A DNA stretch of 64,000 nucleotides from Aestuariivirga sp. (lineage in GTDB: Bacteria; Pseudomonadota; Alphaproteobacteria; Rhizobiales; Aestuariivirgaceae). Position numbers and translations under genes: made by a program. Where the stretch lies: positions 7,137 through 71,136 of the forward strand of contig JANPHF010000083.1 in NCBI GenBank assembly GCA_031424315.1, read 5' to 3'. Of the stretch, positions 28,361 through 38,000 are shown in pieces; positions within the stretch are counted from its first letter, which is position 1, and every line of letters begins with the position of its first letter. The notes below the pieces were generated by a model. It was not told the DNA's origin, searched no databases, and saw nothing but the letters and a program-made list of their open reading frames with translations.

Positions 28361-29235
28361 CCATGACCAAAAACCAGCAGCGCACCCGCCGCGTCAACAT
28401 CAACAATCGCACGCTTTACACGCGCGGCCTGAAGCCCGGCTTCTGGCGCGACATCAATCACCGCGCCATGACAGCGCGCTGGCCCGCCTTCTTTCTCTCT
28501 GCGGCGGTGATCTTCTTCTGCTTCAATCTGGCGTTCGCGGCACTCTATGCGCTGGGTGACAAGCCTGTAGCAAACACTCCTGATGATGGCTTGATCTGGC
28601 TGCTCTATTTCTCTTTCGAAACCCTGGCCACCGTGGGTTACGGCGACATGCACCCGCAAACCCATTGGGGCCACGCGGTGGCAACAGTTGAGATTTTCAC
28701 CGGCCTCAGCTTCCTGGCGGTTTACACGGGCCTCATCTTCGCACGCTTCTCGCGGCCGATGGCGCGATTCATGTTTGCCCGCAATGCTGTGATCGGACCT
28801 GAAAATGGCAAGCCCACGCTGATGATCCGCGTGGCCAATGAGCGCCAGAATAGCATTTCCGGCGCCACGGCGCGCCTCTGGCTGCTGCGGAATGTGACTG
28901 ATGCCTCAGGCAAGGAAGGCCGCCGCTTCATCGAATTGAAATTGCTGCGCACCGAAAATCCGGTCTTCGCCCTGTCATGGACGCTCTATCACATCATTGA
29001 TGAAAAGAGCCCGCTGCATGATGCAACGCCTGACAGCCTGAGCGCGGTGGAGGGCCTGATCATTCTTACCCTCACGGGCGTGGATGACTCATCTGGCATG
29101 GACTTGCATGCCCGCCACACCTATTCCACGTCGCAAATCCTGTGGAACCACAATTTCATGGATATCATCGACCGCATGCCTGATGGCGCGGCCGTGATTG
29201 ACTATGGCAAGCTGCATGATGTGGTGAAGGTTTGA
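28357..29235 (+). CDS. inward-rectifier-type potassium channel (KirBac-like)
   Basis: Selectivity filter TVGYGD between two TM helices, followed by a cytoplasmic Ig-like Kir domain. Start is GTG 28357 (GTGA overlap) or ATG 28363. Confidence 0.8.
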   Translation: MTMTKNQQRTRRVNINNRTLYTRGLKPGFWRDINHRAMTARWPAFFLSAAVIFFCFNLAFAALYALGDKPVANTPDDGLIWLLYFSFETLATVGYGDMHPQTHWGHAVATVEIFTGLSFLAVYTGLIFARFSRPMARFMFARNAVIGPENGKPTLMIRVANERQNSISGATARLWLLRNVTDASGKEGRRFIELKLLRTENPVFALSWTLYHIIDEKSPLHDATPDSLSAVEGLIILTLTGVDDSSGMDLHARHTYSTSQILWNHNFMDIIDRMPDGAAVIDYGKLHDVVKV

Positions 29236-29242
29236 ACGTCAT

Positions 29243-29265
29243 CCCTCTCCCTTAGCGGGAGAAGG
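29243..29265. terminator. possible bidirectional hairpin between convergent genes
   Basis: TCTCCC-ttagc-GGGAGA. Weak, with no clear U-tract. Confidence 0.3.
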
Positions 29266-29283
29266 AAGATTTGCATTTATGGA

Positions 29284-29676
29284 TCAGCGTGCCAGCACAG
29301 CCGCCGGCATTGCCGCCACTGCTGCAAGCGTGGCCTTGTGCGAAGGGGCTTCCTTCTCCACCAGCATTTCCACCTTGCGCAAGTCGGCTTCTGCCTCTTT
29401 CATGCGATCAATCATGGCTTCGTGCTGGTCACGCAGCTCGCCGACAGTCTTGAGAATGTTGTCGCGGCGCACCCGCACGGATTTGGCCGCCATCGAATAG
29501 CTTACGCTGTTCGGATCCGAAACGCCGGTGCGCTGTTCCTCGAACTTCACATGGGCATCAAGGTCGTCATGCTTGCGCATAAGGTCCTGGATCATCATGT
29601 CCATGTCTGAAACTTGCCTGCGGCAATCTTCCACGCGGAAGCGGTTCAACCGCAAAAGGCTTTCTCTTGAACGCAT
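29284..29676 (-). CDS. FliJ-like coiled-coil protein
   Basis: 130 aa. MRSRESLLRLNRFRVEDCRRQV and the helical heptad character resemble the flagellar export chaperone FliJ family, often found next to ctrA in Hyphomicrobiales (recalled). Confidence 0.45.
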   Translation of the reverse strand: MRSRESLLRLNRFRVEDCRRQVSDMDMMIQDLMRKHDDLDAHVKFEEQRTGVSDPNSVSYSMAAKSVRVRRDNILKTVGELRDQHEAMIDRMKEAEADLRKVEMLVEKEAPSHKATLAAVAAMPAAVLAR

Positions 29677-29774
29677 CTTTACCTCACTCAACGCACACAC
29701 ACATCTAGTTTGGCCCGCCCCATTCCCCCTCGGTTCGCGCCACCTCGGTGCAAATCGTTAATTTATTTGCATCC

Positions 29775-30075
29775 GACTCTATTCACGATTCTCCGAATCA
29801 AATAGCTAAGGAGAGTCGATCATCAAGAGCCGATGATAAACAGACAGGTTTAAGGCCGGGTAAACCCCCAGGCCTTGGTGAGGAAGTTCCCAGTTAAGCG
29901 AGTCGCGGCAGATCAAGGCCCAATATCTTGTGGTTGTTTCAGGGCAGCCACTAGGGATTGTAGGTCTAGCGTTAAGATTCGAAGTTTTAGGCTTAGGTTT
30001 TGTTAACCTTTCTAAGCCTATCTTAAGGAACAGAGTTAAGGCTTCGTGTGCAGGGTTGTGCGCGGGGCGAGAGTC
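29775..30075. promoter_or_regulatory. ctrA upstream control region with clustered GANTC (CcrM) sites and a TTAA-N7-TAAA half-consensus CtrA box
   Basis: GANTC at 29775, 29787, 29795, 29813, 29900, 29976 and 30071. TTAAGGCCGGGTAAA at 29850-29864. Confidence 0.5.
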
Positions 30076-30117
30076 GAAATCCCCCATCCGGGGAAGTGGA
30101 TTTATAAGGGGAAAACC

Positions 30118-30837
30118 ATGCGGGTTTTGTTGATCGAGGACGATACAGCCACCGCCCAATCCATCGAGCTGATGCTGAAGTCTGAAGGCTTCAATGTCTA
30201 TACGACGGATCTCGGTGAAGAGGGCGTCGACCTCGGCAAGCTCTATGACTATGACATTATCCTTCTCGACCTCAACCTGCCCGACATGTCGGGCTATGAA
30301 GTGTTGAAAAGCCTGCGTGTTTCCAAAGTGGGCACGCCAATCCTTATTCTCTCCGGCCTCGCCGGCATCGAAGACAAGGTCAAGGGCCTGGGCTTCGGCG
30401 CCGATGACTATATGACCAAGCCTTTTCACAAGGATGAGCTCGTCGCACGCATCCACGCCGTTGTGCGCCGTTCCAAGGGCCACGCCCAATCCGTGATCCA
30501 CACTGGCGAATTGCTGGTGAACCTCGATACCAAGACGGTAGAAGTGGGCGGCCAGCGCGTGCACCTCACCGGCAAGGAATACCAAATGCTGGAGCTGCTC
30601 TCGCTTCGAAAGGGCACCACGCTCACCAAGGAAATGTTCCTCAACCACCTCTACGGCGGTATGGACGAGCCCGAACTCAAGATCATCGACGTGTTCATCT
30701 GCAAGCTTCGCAAGAAGCTGGCCAACGCCGCCGAAGGCAAGAATTTCATCGAAACTGTTTGGGGCCGTGGCTATGTGCTGCGTGAAGGTGCGGCACCCAT
30801 GAACGGCTCTGAAGAAGAAATGGCCCACGTGGCCTGA
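30118..30837 (+). CDS. ctrA: cell-cycle response regulator CtrA (OmpR family)
   Basis: [36 protein letters not shown]...[19 protein letters not shown]...FICKLRKKL is near-identical to the canonical CtrA sequence pattern. Confidence 0.95.
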   Translation: MRVLLIEDDTATAQSIELMLKSEGFNVYTTDLGEEGVDLGKLYDYDIILLDLNLPDMSGYEVLKSLRVSKVGTPILILSGLAGIEDKVKGLGFGADDYMTKPFHKDELVARIHAVVRRSKGHAQSVIHTGELLVNLDTKTVEVGGQRVHLTGKEYQMLELLSLRKGTTLTKEMFLNHLYGGMDEPELKIIDVFICKLRKKLANAAEGKNFIETVWGRGYVLREGAAPMNGSEEEMAHVA

Positions 30838-30956
30838 TCACATCACGCTTCTGTCACAATCAGAAGCTATGGAATGCACCACAAGAGATCGCCCGATAGA
30901 ATTGCGGGTATAGGCAGAGGTTTGTAGGGTTTCCCTCCCCCTGCCCGAAGTTTCAA

Positions 30957-30990
30957 AAGCCCGGCCCATCGCAAGATGGCCGGGCTTTTT
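30957..30990 (+). terminator. rho-independent terminator after ctrA
   Basis: AGCCCGGCCCATC-gcaa-GATGGCCGGGCT followed by TTTTT. Confidence 0.8.
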
Positions 30991-31086
30991 GCATTGCGCG
31001 GAGTTGAAACTGGGGATTAGAGCAATTCTGGGTTGCCTTTCCGCTTCTTTTGTGATGAATGCTCCCTTCGCGACTGGGGAGTCAAA

Positions 31087-32292
31087 ATGCCATTCATCTA
31101 TTTTGCCTGCATTCTTGCGGCTGCAGTAATTCTTGTTTTTTCGACAAGCCAGTTCTGGCTGGCCTCAACCCTATTGCGGACAGGGCCTCGCCAAAAGCAA
31201 ACACCGACCTCTGCAACCGACGTCAAGGCTTGGCCAACCGTGTTGGTGCAGCTGCCCATTTACAACGAAAGTTCGGTTGTGGAACAGCTCTTGGAGGCGA
31301 TTTCAAAGCTGGACTATCCCCGAGAGAAGATTTCAGTTCAGCTCCTCGATGACTCAAACGATGAAACGACAGAAATAGCAGCCCACAAAATTGCACAAAT
31401 CATGCGCACCTCCAAATTCTCGATTGCGCATATTCGCAGAGATTCCAGACAGGGATTCAAGGCGGGAGCACTCCACTACGGTTTGGAACTCGATGCCAAC
31501 AAGAGCGAATTTGTCGCAATTTTCGATGCCGACTTTACTCCAAGAGCGGACTTCCTTCGCCAAACAATTCCGCACTTTCTTGATGCAGGAATTGGCATGG
31601 TGCAGACGCGATGGATCCATAAGAACGAAAATGAATCCATAATCACAAGTCTCATGGCTCTGGCGATCGATAACCACTTTGTTGTCGAGCACGGAGGCCG
31701 CCAAGCAGCCGGATGTTTCATTAACTTCAACGGAACGGCAGGTGTATGGCGGACAGCCGCAATTACTTCAGCTGGCGGTTGGGCAGATGACAGCCTGACC
31801 GAGGATTTGGATCTTTCAATGCGCTGCCAAATGGCCGGCTGGAGGTGTCTCTACCTCAGAGACATAGGAACTCCATCAGAGCTGCCTTCCACTCTGTCAA
31901 GTTTGCGCACACAACAATTCAGATGGACCAAGGGCGCAGCAGAAGCGGCATTGAAACTCGGTAGTCCATTGCTGGATTCGTCCGCAACCAAGACTGCAAA
32001 ACTGATAGGCATGCTGCAGCTTTGGGCGAGTGTAGTTTTCCCGGCCACCTTGCTTTTTGGAATAGCCGCATTGGGCTATCACTTCCTGGACACGACTGCG
32101 GGACTGCAAGTGTTCTTCATATCATCCATCGGACTTCTGTTGGCCACTTTTGCGATTACGTTTAGTTATGTGACGAGCCAATGGATACTCGGGAAGCGTG
32201 CATGGCCAGAAATTTTTATCAACATTTTGAAAACTCAAGCATTTACGTTATTCGCGCTCGGGTTCAGCATTCAAAATACGTGGGCCGTCTGA
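31087..32292 (+). CDS. processive family-2 glycosyltransferase (CslA/cellulose-synthase-like), C-terminally cut by an in-frame TGA
   Basis: Motifs LLDDSND, FDADF, TEDLDLS and QQFRWTKG, plus multiple TM helices. Lower-GC DNA. The stop at 32290-32292 is followed in the same frame by the next ORF. Confidence 0.8.
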   Translation: MPFIYFACILAAAVILVFSTSQFWLASTLLRTGPRQKQTPTSATDVKAWPTVLVQLPIYNESSVVEQLLEAISKLDYPREKISVQLLDDSNDETTEIAAHKIAQIMRTSKFSIAHIRRDSRQGFKAGALHYGLELDANKSEFVAIFDADFTPRADFLRQTIPHFLDAGIGMVQTRWIHKNENESIITSLMALAIDNHFVVEHGGRQAAGCFINFNGTAGVWRTAAITSAGGWADDSLTEDLDLSMRCQMAGWRCLYLRDIGTPSELPSTLSSLRTQQFRWTKGAAEAALKLGSPLLDSSATKTAKLIGMLQLWASVVFPATLLFGIAALGYHFLDTTAGLQVFFISSIGLLLATFAITFSYVTSQWILGKRAWPEIFINILKTQAFTLFALGFSIQNTWAV

Positions 32293-32322
32293 GAAGCATG
32301 CACGAGGCAAAAAACTGAATTT

Positions 32323-33309
32323 GTGCGAACCCCAAAGGGCGCGACCCTCAGGAAGGCCAAGAGCAAGTCACATGCATCGTTTTCAGACGTCCTCAAGAAA
32401 TTAAAGTTTCCCATTCTTGAAACAGCCGCGTCGGGGCTTTTCTCGGTCGCAGCGATCCAACAGATTGTTGAATGGCGCGACACGCGTTTTCCACTGTTTG
32501 GCATTCTCTTGTCCTATGCCATCGGTTTTGGAATGATGGTATTCCTGTCACTATCCGAAGGCTGGAAAGCCCGAGCCAAGGTGAGCGAAATTTCAGAAGT
32601 CTCACTCGATAGGGTGAAGGCGAAATTCGAAATCTCCAATCCCGAAGATTCAATTCAAGGTTATTTCGCAAAAGGTGTTTTTTACGAACCTCGTGAATTA
32701 CAATTGTTGGGTGACCAATTCACACGCGGGATATTTGTCGACGTTGGAGCGAACGTTGGCAATCCTAGCATTTACATGGCAAAATTGAATCCGTCCTGCA
32801 AAGTAATCGCATTTGAGCCTCACCCCCTCACATTCAGTCAATTGAAGCAAAACATTGCGATCAATCGCCTCGAGGACCAAATTGAAATTTTCAATATCGG
32901 ACTCGGCGCCAGTATCGGCGAATTTGATTTGCTTGAGCCCAACCAAAACAGCGGCGGCACAACAATGTCTGGGAAAATTCGAGGCGGTCACCAATCAACA
33001 CGCAGTGTCGGAAAGGCCCGAGTTGAGAGCGGTGACTGCGTCTTGGAAGGAAGAGAAGTCACACTCATCAAGATCGATGTTGAGGGATTTGAACTTCAGG
33101 TATTGAAAGGCTTGGAGCGCCTAATTGAAGCAAAAAGGCCGAAGCTGCTGATCGAGACCGATGAACTCAATGGGGATGAAATTGAGCGTTTTCTATCAAA
33201 ATTCGGATACAAGCAAGTTGATGAATTTCGTCAATACCGGGCGCTAGTCAATCGATTCTATGTTGCCTCCAACAATGCCAACGCCCAAGAACGCAAAACG
33301 ATGTGCTGA
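32323..33309 (+). CDS. FkbM family methyltransferase with 2-TM N-terminal region (same frame as the GT2 ORF)
   Basis: VDVGANVGN...AFEPHP...LIKIDVEGFELQVLKGL, the FkbM signature. The N-terminus starts RTPKG followed by two TM segments. Confidence 0.75.
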   Translation: MRTPKGATLRKAKSKSHASFSDVLKKLKFPILETAASGLFSVAAIQQIVEWRDTRFPLFGILLSYAIGFGMMVFLSLSEGWKARAKVSEISEVSLDRVKAKFEISNPEDSIQGYFAKGVFYEPRELQLLGDQFTRGIFVDVGANVGNPSIYMAKLNPSCKVIAFEPHPLTFSQLKQNIAINRLEDQIEIFNIGLGASIGEFDLLEPNQNSGGTTMSGKIRGGHQSTRSVGKARVESGDCVLEGREVTLIKIDVEGFELQVLKGLERLIEAKRPKLLIETDELNGDEIERFLSKFGYKQVDEFRQYRALVNRFYVASNNANAQERKTMC

Positions 33310-33312
33310 GCC

Positions 33313-34209
33313 ATGCAGCATTTTTCGGCAAATCCAGCAAGATTGTTCAAACAAATAGAGCATATCGCAAATCAGCTTCGCGCCGGCCAAACTGACAGGA
33401 ACATTCTGACAAGCAGTAACGGTATCGATTACGATTGTGACCCGTCATGGATACGTGATCTGCTACGAAAAAAGGCGGTCCATGATTCAGATTTTCAAAT
33501 ATTCGGGCGATTGCCCTCACAGGAAGGGATTGTGTTGGATATTGGCGCCAATTGGGGCTTCGGCGCCGCATCAATGATTTCTAGCGGTTGCCAAAATTCC
33601 ATTTTGTCGTTTGAAGTCTTGCCTCATCTTGCAATCTGCCTCTCAGCCCTGAAAGAACAGCGCAGTGGAAAATATGACTTCGTGACAACTGGGGTCGGCG
33701 GCTCGGTTGACCAAATAGAGTTCTACACACCTTTGTTGGGAAGACACGCCATTACTGCACTGACCACTGCAAAGTTGCCGAATTTCACTCCTGAAGAAGC
33801 TCGCGCTCTTGCAGACAATCTCGCGGACCATGCCCGCAGGTATATGTCTCTATGGGACAGTAAGAAACTGCGGGTACTTAGGACAGTTAGCCCTGTTCAG
33901 ACAGTCGACGCCATATTGGAGGGTTATTCGGGTGCGTTTCACGCAAAGAACGTCGCCGCTATTAAGATTGACGTTGAGGGCCTCGAGGATTCGGTTCTAA
34001 GGGGTGCGTCAGACACCGTGGAGCGAAATAGACCAATCCTCTTGATAGAAGGAGGTACTCGCAATCACGGTGTGGGCGAACTACTCAATCTGTGGGGCTA
34101 CCAAGGACTTCGCTGGGCAGGCTCCAAATTGGAAGCCTGCTCTGGGCTGACCACAGGCACAAATGGCACATTCTATCATCCCAAGGGCCACGTTCCTCGT
34201 TTCGAGTAA
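33313..34209 (+). CDS. FkbM family methyltransferase
   Basis: LDIGANWGFGA...AIKIDVEGLEDSVLRGA. 298 aa. Confidence 0.75.
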   Translation: MQHFSANPARLFKQIEHIANQLRAGQTDRNILTSSNGIDYDCDPSWIRDLLRKKAVHDSDFQIFGRLPSQEGIVLDIGANWGFGAASMISSGCQNSILSFEVLPHLAICLSALKEQRSGKYDFVTTGVGGSVDQIEFYTPLLGRHAITALTTAKLPNFTPEEARALADNLADHARRYMSLWDSKKLRVLRTVSPVQTVDAILEGYSGAFHAKNVAAIKIDVEGLEDSVLRGASDTVERNRPILLIEGGTRNHGVGELLNLWGYQGLRWAGSKLEACSGLTTGTNGTFYHPKGHVPRFE

Positions 34210-34275
34210 GTTTGACCTCATCATGGCAGCTTCAAGGCAGAGGTGTGACTTTGCGCCCACCAAACTGAGGCCCTG

Positions 34276-34318
34276 TTAACCATCCCTTAACTATCAAGTC
34301 GCGTTAACGACTCGTTAA
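34276..34318 (+). promoter_or_regulatory. two perfect CtrA boxes (TTAA-N7-TTAA) with an embedded GANTC
   Basis: TTAACCATCCCTTAA at 34276-34290 and TTAACGACTCGTTAA at 34304-34318 (GACTC at 34309-34313). They lie 17-59 nt upstream of ATG 34335. Confidence 0.65.
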
Positions 34319-34334
34319 GGATACACTCCCTCCC

Positions 34335-34994
34335 ATGGTGCGTGGGTTGGGTAAAGCGTTGGGTTTGGGACTGGTTTTGGCTGGTCTCGTGGTTGGGCAG
34401 GCAGCGGCGCAGGCGCCGGGCACGCATCCCATCAAGGGCAATTTCGATTTGCCAGGCTTCAATGTGGCTTCAGCCACGCCGACTGGCAAAACCCTGCCCC
34501 CCATTGGCTATGTCGAGTTCTGTGGCCGTGGCCAGGAAGAGTGCAAATTCTCTGCTGGCAAGGCTGAAGTTCTGGCCGTGACCACCGAGAACTGGGATCA
34601 AGTGCAGCAAGTCAACCGCCTGGTGAATACCAAGATCCGCCCCGCTTCCGACCAGGAGCTTTATGGCGTTCCCGATTACTGGACTTATCCCACTTCCGCT
34701 GGCGACTGCGAAGATTATGTGCTGCTGAAGAAGAAGTATCTCGTGGAACTAGGCTTCAATCCGGATCAAATGCTGATCACCGTGGTGCTGGACGAAAACC
34801 GCGAGGGCCACGCCATTCTTACCCTCGTGACGGCCAAGGGCGATTTCGTGCTCGACAACCGCCGCCAGGAAATCATGCGGTGGGACCAGACGGGCTATAT
34901 CTTCCTGAAGCGCCAATCTCAGGAACAGGCCACCAAGTGGGTGTCACTGCAGAAGTCTGCCCCGCAGGTTACGGTCAGCACCAAGGCGCATTGA
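34335..34994 (+). CDS. periplasmic transglutaminase-like cysteine protease (BTLCP, LapG-like)
   Basis: Signal peptide, then a Cys-His-Asp set: AGDCEDYVLLKK, EGHAILTL and FVLDNRR. Confidence 0.8.
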   Translation: MVRGLGKALGLGLVLAGLVVGQAAAQAPGTHPIKGNFDLPGFNVASATPTGKTLPPIGYVEFCGRGQEECKFSAGKAEVLAVTTENWDQVQQVNRLVNTKIRPASDQELYGVPDYWTYPTSAGDCEDYVLLKKKYLVELGFNPDQMLITVVLDENREGHAILTLVTAKGDFVLDNRRQEIMRWDQTGYIFLKRQSQEQATKWVSLQKSAPQVTVSTKAH

Positions 34995-35045
34995 GCAAAC
35001 AAGAAACGTCGTCCAGGCGAAAGCTATGGATTCGCCGGGCCTTGC

Positions 35046-38000
35046 TTACACAAACAGGAAATCATCCGCTGCCAGCTGATTGAGATGCAGGCCGCTGAGC
35101 ATGATTGTGTCGGCCCCGGCATCCACACTGATCAACACGCCAGCTGCCGTCTCCACCGCATGGAGGAGCACGTCAGAATAGGCATGCATATCGGTGCCCA
35201 ACAGGCGCACCACATCTGTCTTGCCTGTGCCAGCCCAGAAATCAGTGATCGTGTCATGGCCAAAGCCCGCACTGAATTGGAACTGATCCGCCCCTGCCCC
35301 ACCAGTGAGAGTGTCATCTCCCGTGTTGCCGAGGATGGTGTCGTTTCCGCCACCGCCATTGATCACATCATTGCCAGCGCCGCCATCGAGGCGGTTGGCA
35401 AGATCATTACCAGTGATCTTGTCGTTCCAAGCACTGCCCAATACGTTTTCGATGTTGATATAGCTATCGCCGGTAGCATCAGTCACACCATTCACGGCAA
35501 TATAGCTCTGGTCGACATAGGCCGAGCCATCGCCATTGAGCAGGGCAGCATCACCTGACACCGCAGCTTTGGGATCAACGCCATTCTGGCTGGCATCGGC
35601 ATTGGTGGTGCCACCCGTGACAAGGCTCAAGGTAACGCCCGTGTGCGAAGCCGCATAGCTCGCAGTATCAATGCCATCGCCGCCATCAAGCACGTCAGCG
35701 CCAGCACCACCGATCAGCGTATCAGCGCCGCCGCCGCCATGCAGCACGTCATTGCCAGCGCCGCCGTTCAGAATATTGGCGCCAGCGTCACCCGTGAGGG
35801 TATCGTCAAACTTGGAACCGACGAGATTTTCAATGTTGATGATGGTGTCGCGCGAGGCTGAACCATATTGGCCAATGCCCGTTTCCAGATTGACGACAAC
35901 CTTGTCCCAGCTATCGGCATAGGACAACGTGTCAACGCCCGCACCGCCATCAACATAATCGTAGCCGCCGGCGGTGTAGATCATGTCATTGCCGCCACCG
36001 CCTTCGATATGGTCTGCGCCCTGGCCACCATAGATCACATTGGCATTGTCATCACCGATCAGGGTGTCATCACCCTTGCCGCCGCGGATGTTTTCAATGC
36101 TGACGTAGGTGTCGCCCTCGGCAATATCGCCATGGCCCTGACCTGTGGCCAGATTCACGTTCACATTGCCGTTGGCGTTGCGATAGTCGATCCAGTCCTT
36201 GCCCACGCCGCCGTCGAAATGGTCGCCGCCACCTGAGCCATAGAAATGGTCATTGCCCAGGCCACCAATCAAATTGTTGGCGCCCGCATCGCCCATCAGC
36301 GTGTCAGCAAAAGCCGTGCCGATCACATTCTCGACGCCAGTGAGTTTATCTCCCTCAGCATCGCCGCCCAGGCCCGTGCCCAGCTTGAGATTGACATTCA
36401 CACCTACCGTTGAAGCGGAGTAATCTGCGGTGTCATTGCCGTCTCCGCCGATCAATGTGTCTGCGCCTGCGCCACCGATCAGCGTATCATTGCCAGCACC
36501 GCCGTTCAGCACATTGTTGCCCGCATTGCCTGTCAACTTGTCATCAAAGGCAGAACCTGTGACATTCTCAATCGAGATCAGCTTGTCACCCTCGGCCGTG
36601 CCACTAAGGCCCATGCCGAGTGCCAGATTCACGTTTACTGCGGCGTTCGACGCAGAATAGTCGGCTGTATCAACGCCATCGCCGCCGTCCATGGTATCGC
36701 CACCACCAGAGCCCACAAGCAGGTCGTCGCCCTTGCCCGCATGCAACACGTTGGCATTGGCATCGCCCGTCAACACGTCGTTGAAGTCAGAGCCAGTGAT
36801 ATTCTCAATCGAGATCAGCTTGTCGCCTTGGGCAAAGCCGCCCGAACCCGTGCCTAGCGCGAGATTGACAGCAACCGCTGCATTGGAATTCGAATAGTCG
36901 GCCGTATCTGTGCCGTCGCCACCATCCATGGTGTCGCCACCACCGGAGCCAACAAGCGTGTCATCGCCCTTGCCAGCATGCAACACATTGGCATTGGCAT
37001 CGCCGGTCAGCGCGTCATTGAAGTCAGAACCCGTGACATTTTCGATGCTCGAAAGCGTATCACCTTCTGCATCGCCGCCTGCGCCAGCGCCCGTGGCGAG
37101 GTTGACTTTTACGCCAGCCGATGAGGCAGAATAGTCTGCCGTGTCAATGCCGGAGCCGCCGATCAACGTGTCCGCGCCGGTTCCGCCGATCAAGAGATCA
37201 TCGCCTGCGCCGCCATCCAGCAAATCTTTGCCAGCGCCGCCGATCAGTGTGTCATTGCCATTTTCACCGTAAAGCTTGTCGTCACCGCCGCGGCCATCGA
37301 GCAGATCATCGCCATCGCGGCCATAGAATACGTTGACGCCATCCGTGCCCCAGAACTTGTCGGCCACCGCGCTGCCAATCAGATTTTCAATGCTGACGAA
37401 CTGATCCTGCCAATTGTTCGTGCCCGTGGCGAGATCGATGTATTGGGCATATTGGTTGAGCACGGGAACGTCGGCGCTGAAAGTGTCAATGCCATCGCCG
37501 CCATCGTAGTGATCGCCGGAATAGGACCATTCCACCAGGAAGGTGTCACTGCCGGCGCCACCAAATTCAAAGTCATTGCCTTCGCCGCCAGTGATGATGT
37601 CACTGCCATCGCCACCATAGATATAATCTGTGCCAGCGCCGCCATCGATCACGTCATTGCCAGCGCCGCCCACGATCACATTGTTGCCAGCATCCCCGGT
37701 CAGCGTGTCATCAAAGGCAGAGCCCGTGACATTTTCAATTGAGATCAGTTTGTCGCCTTGCGCATAGCCGCCCGCGCCCGTACCCGTCGCCAGATTGACA
37801 ATGACGGCCGCCGTTGAATTGGAATAGTCGGCGGTATCGTTGCCCTCGCCACCATCCATCGTGTCGCCGCCGCCGGAGCCAACCAGCGTGTCATCACCCT
37901 TGCCGCCGCTCAACACATTGGCGCCAGCATCGCCCGTCAACACATCGTTGAACGCTGAGCCCGTGACGTTTTCGATGGCTACGAGTTTGTCACCCTCAGC

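Noticed and set aside
30023-30039. TTAAGGAACAGAGTTAA upstream of ctrA as a CtrA box
   Set aside because: The spacing is N9, not N7. Only the weaker TTAA-N7-TAAA at 29850-29864 was kept, as a low-confidence site.
29806-30828. 340-aa minus-strand ORF covering the ctrA region
   Set aside because: It is antisense to an unmistakable CtrA coding sequence and extends through the ctrA promoter, which is a typical high-GC antisense artifact.
33307-33315. FkbM gene 1 and FkbM gene 2 are also in the same frame, separated by one stop plus one codon, suggesting another split fusion
   Set aside because: Both methyltransferase domains look complete on their own and the second has its own ATG. A shared frame is expected by chance one time in three.
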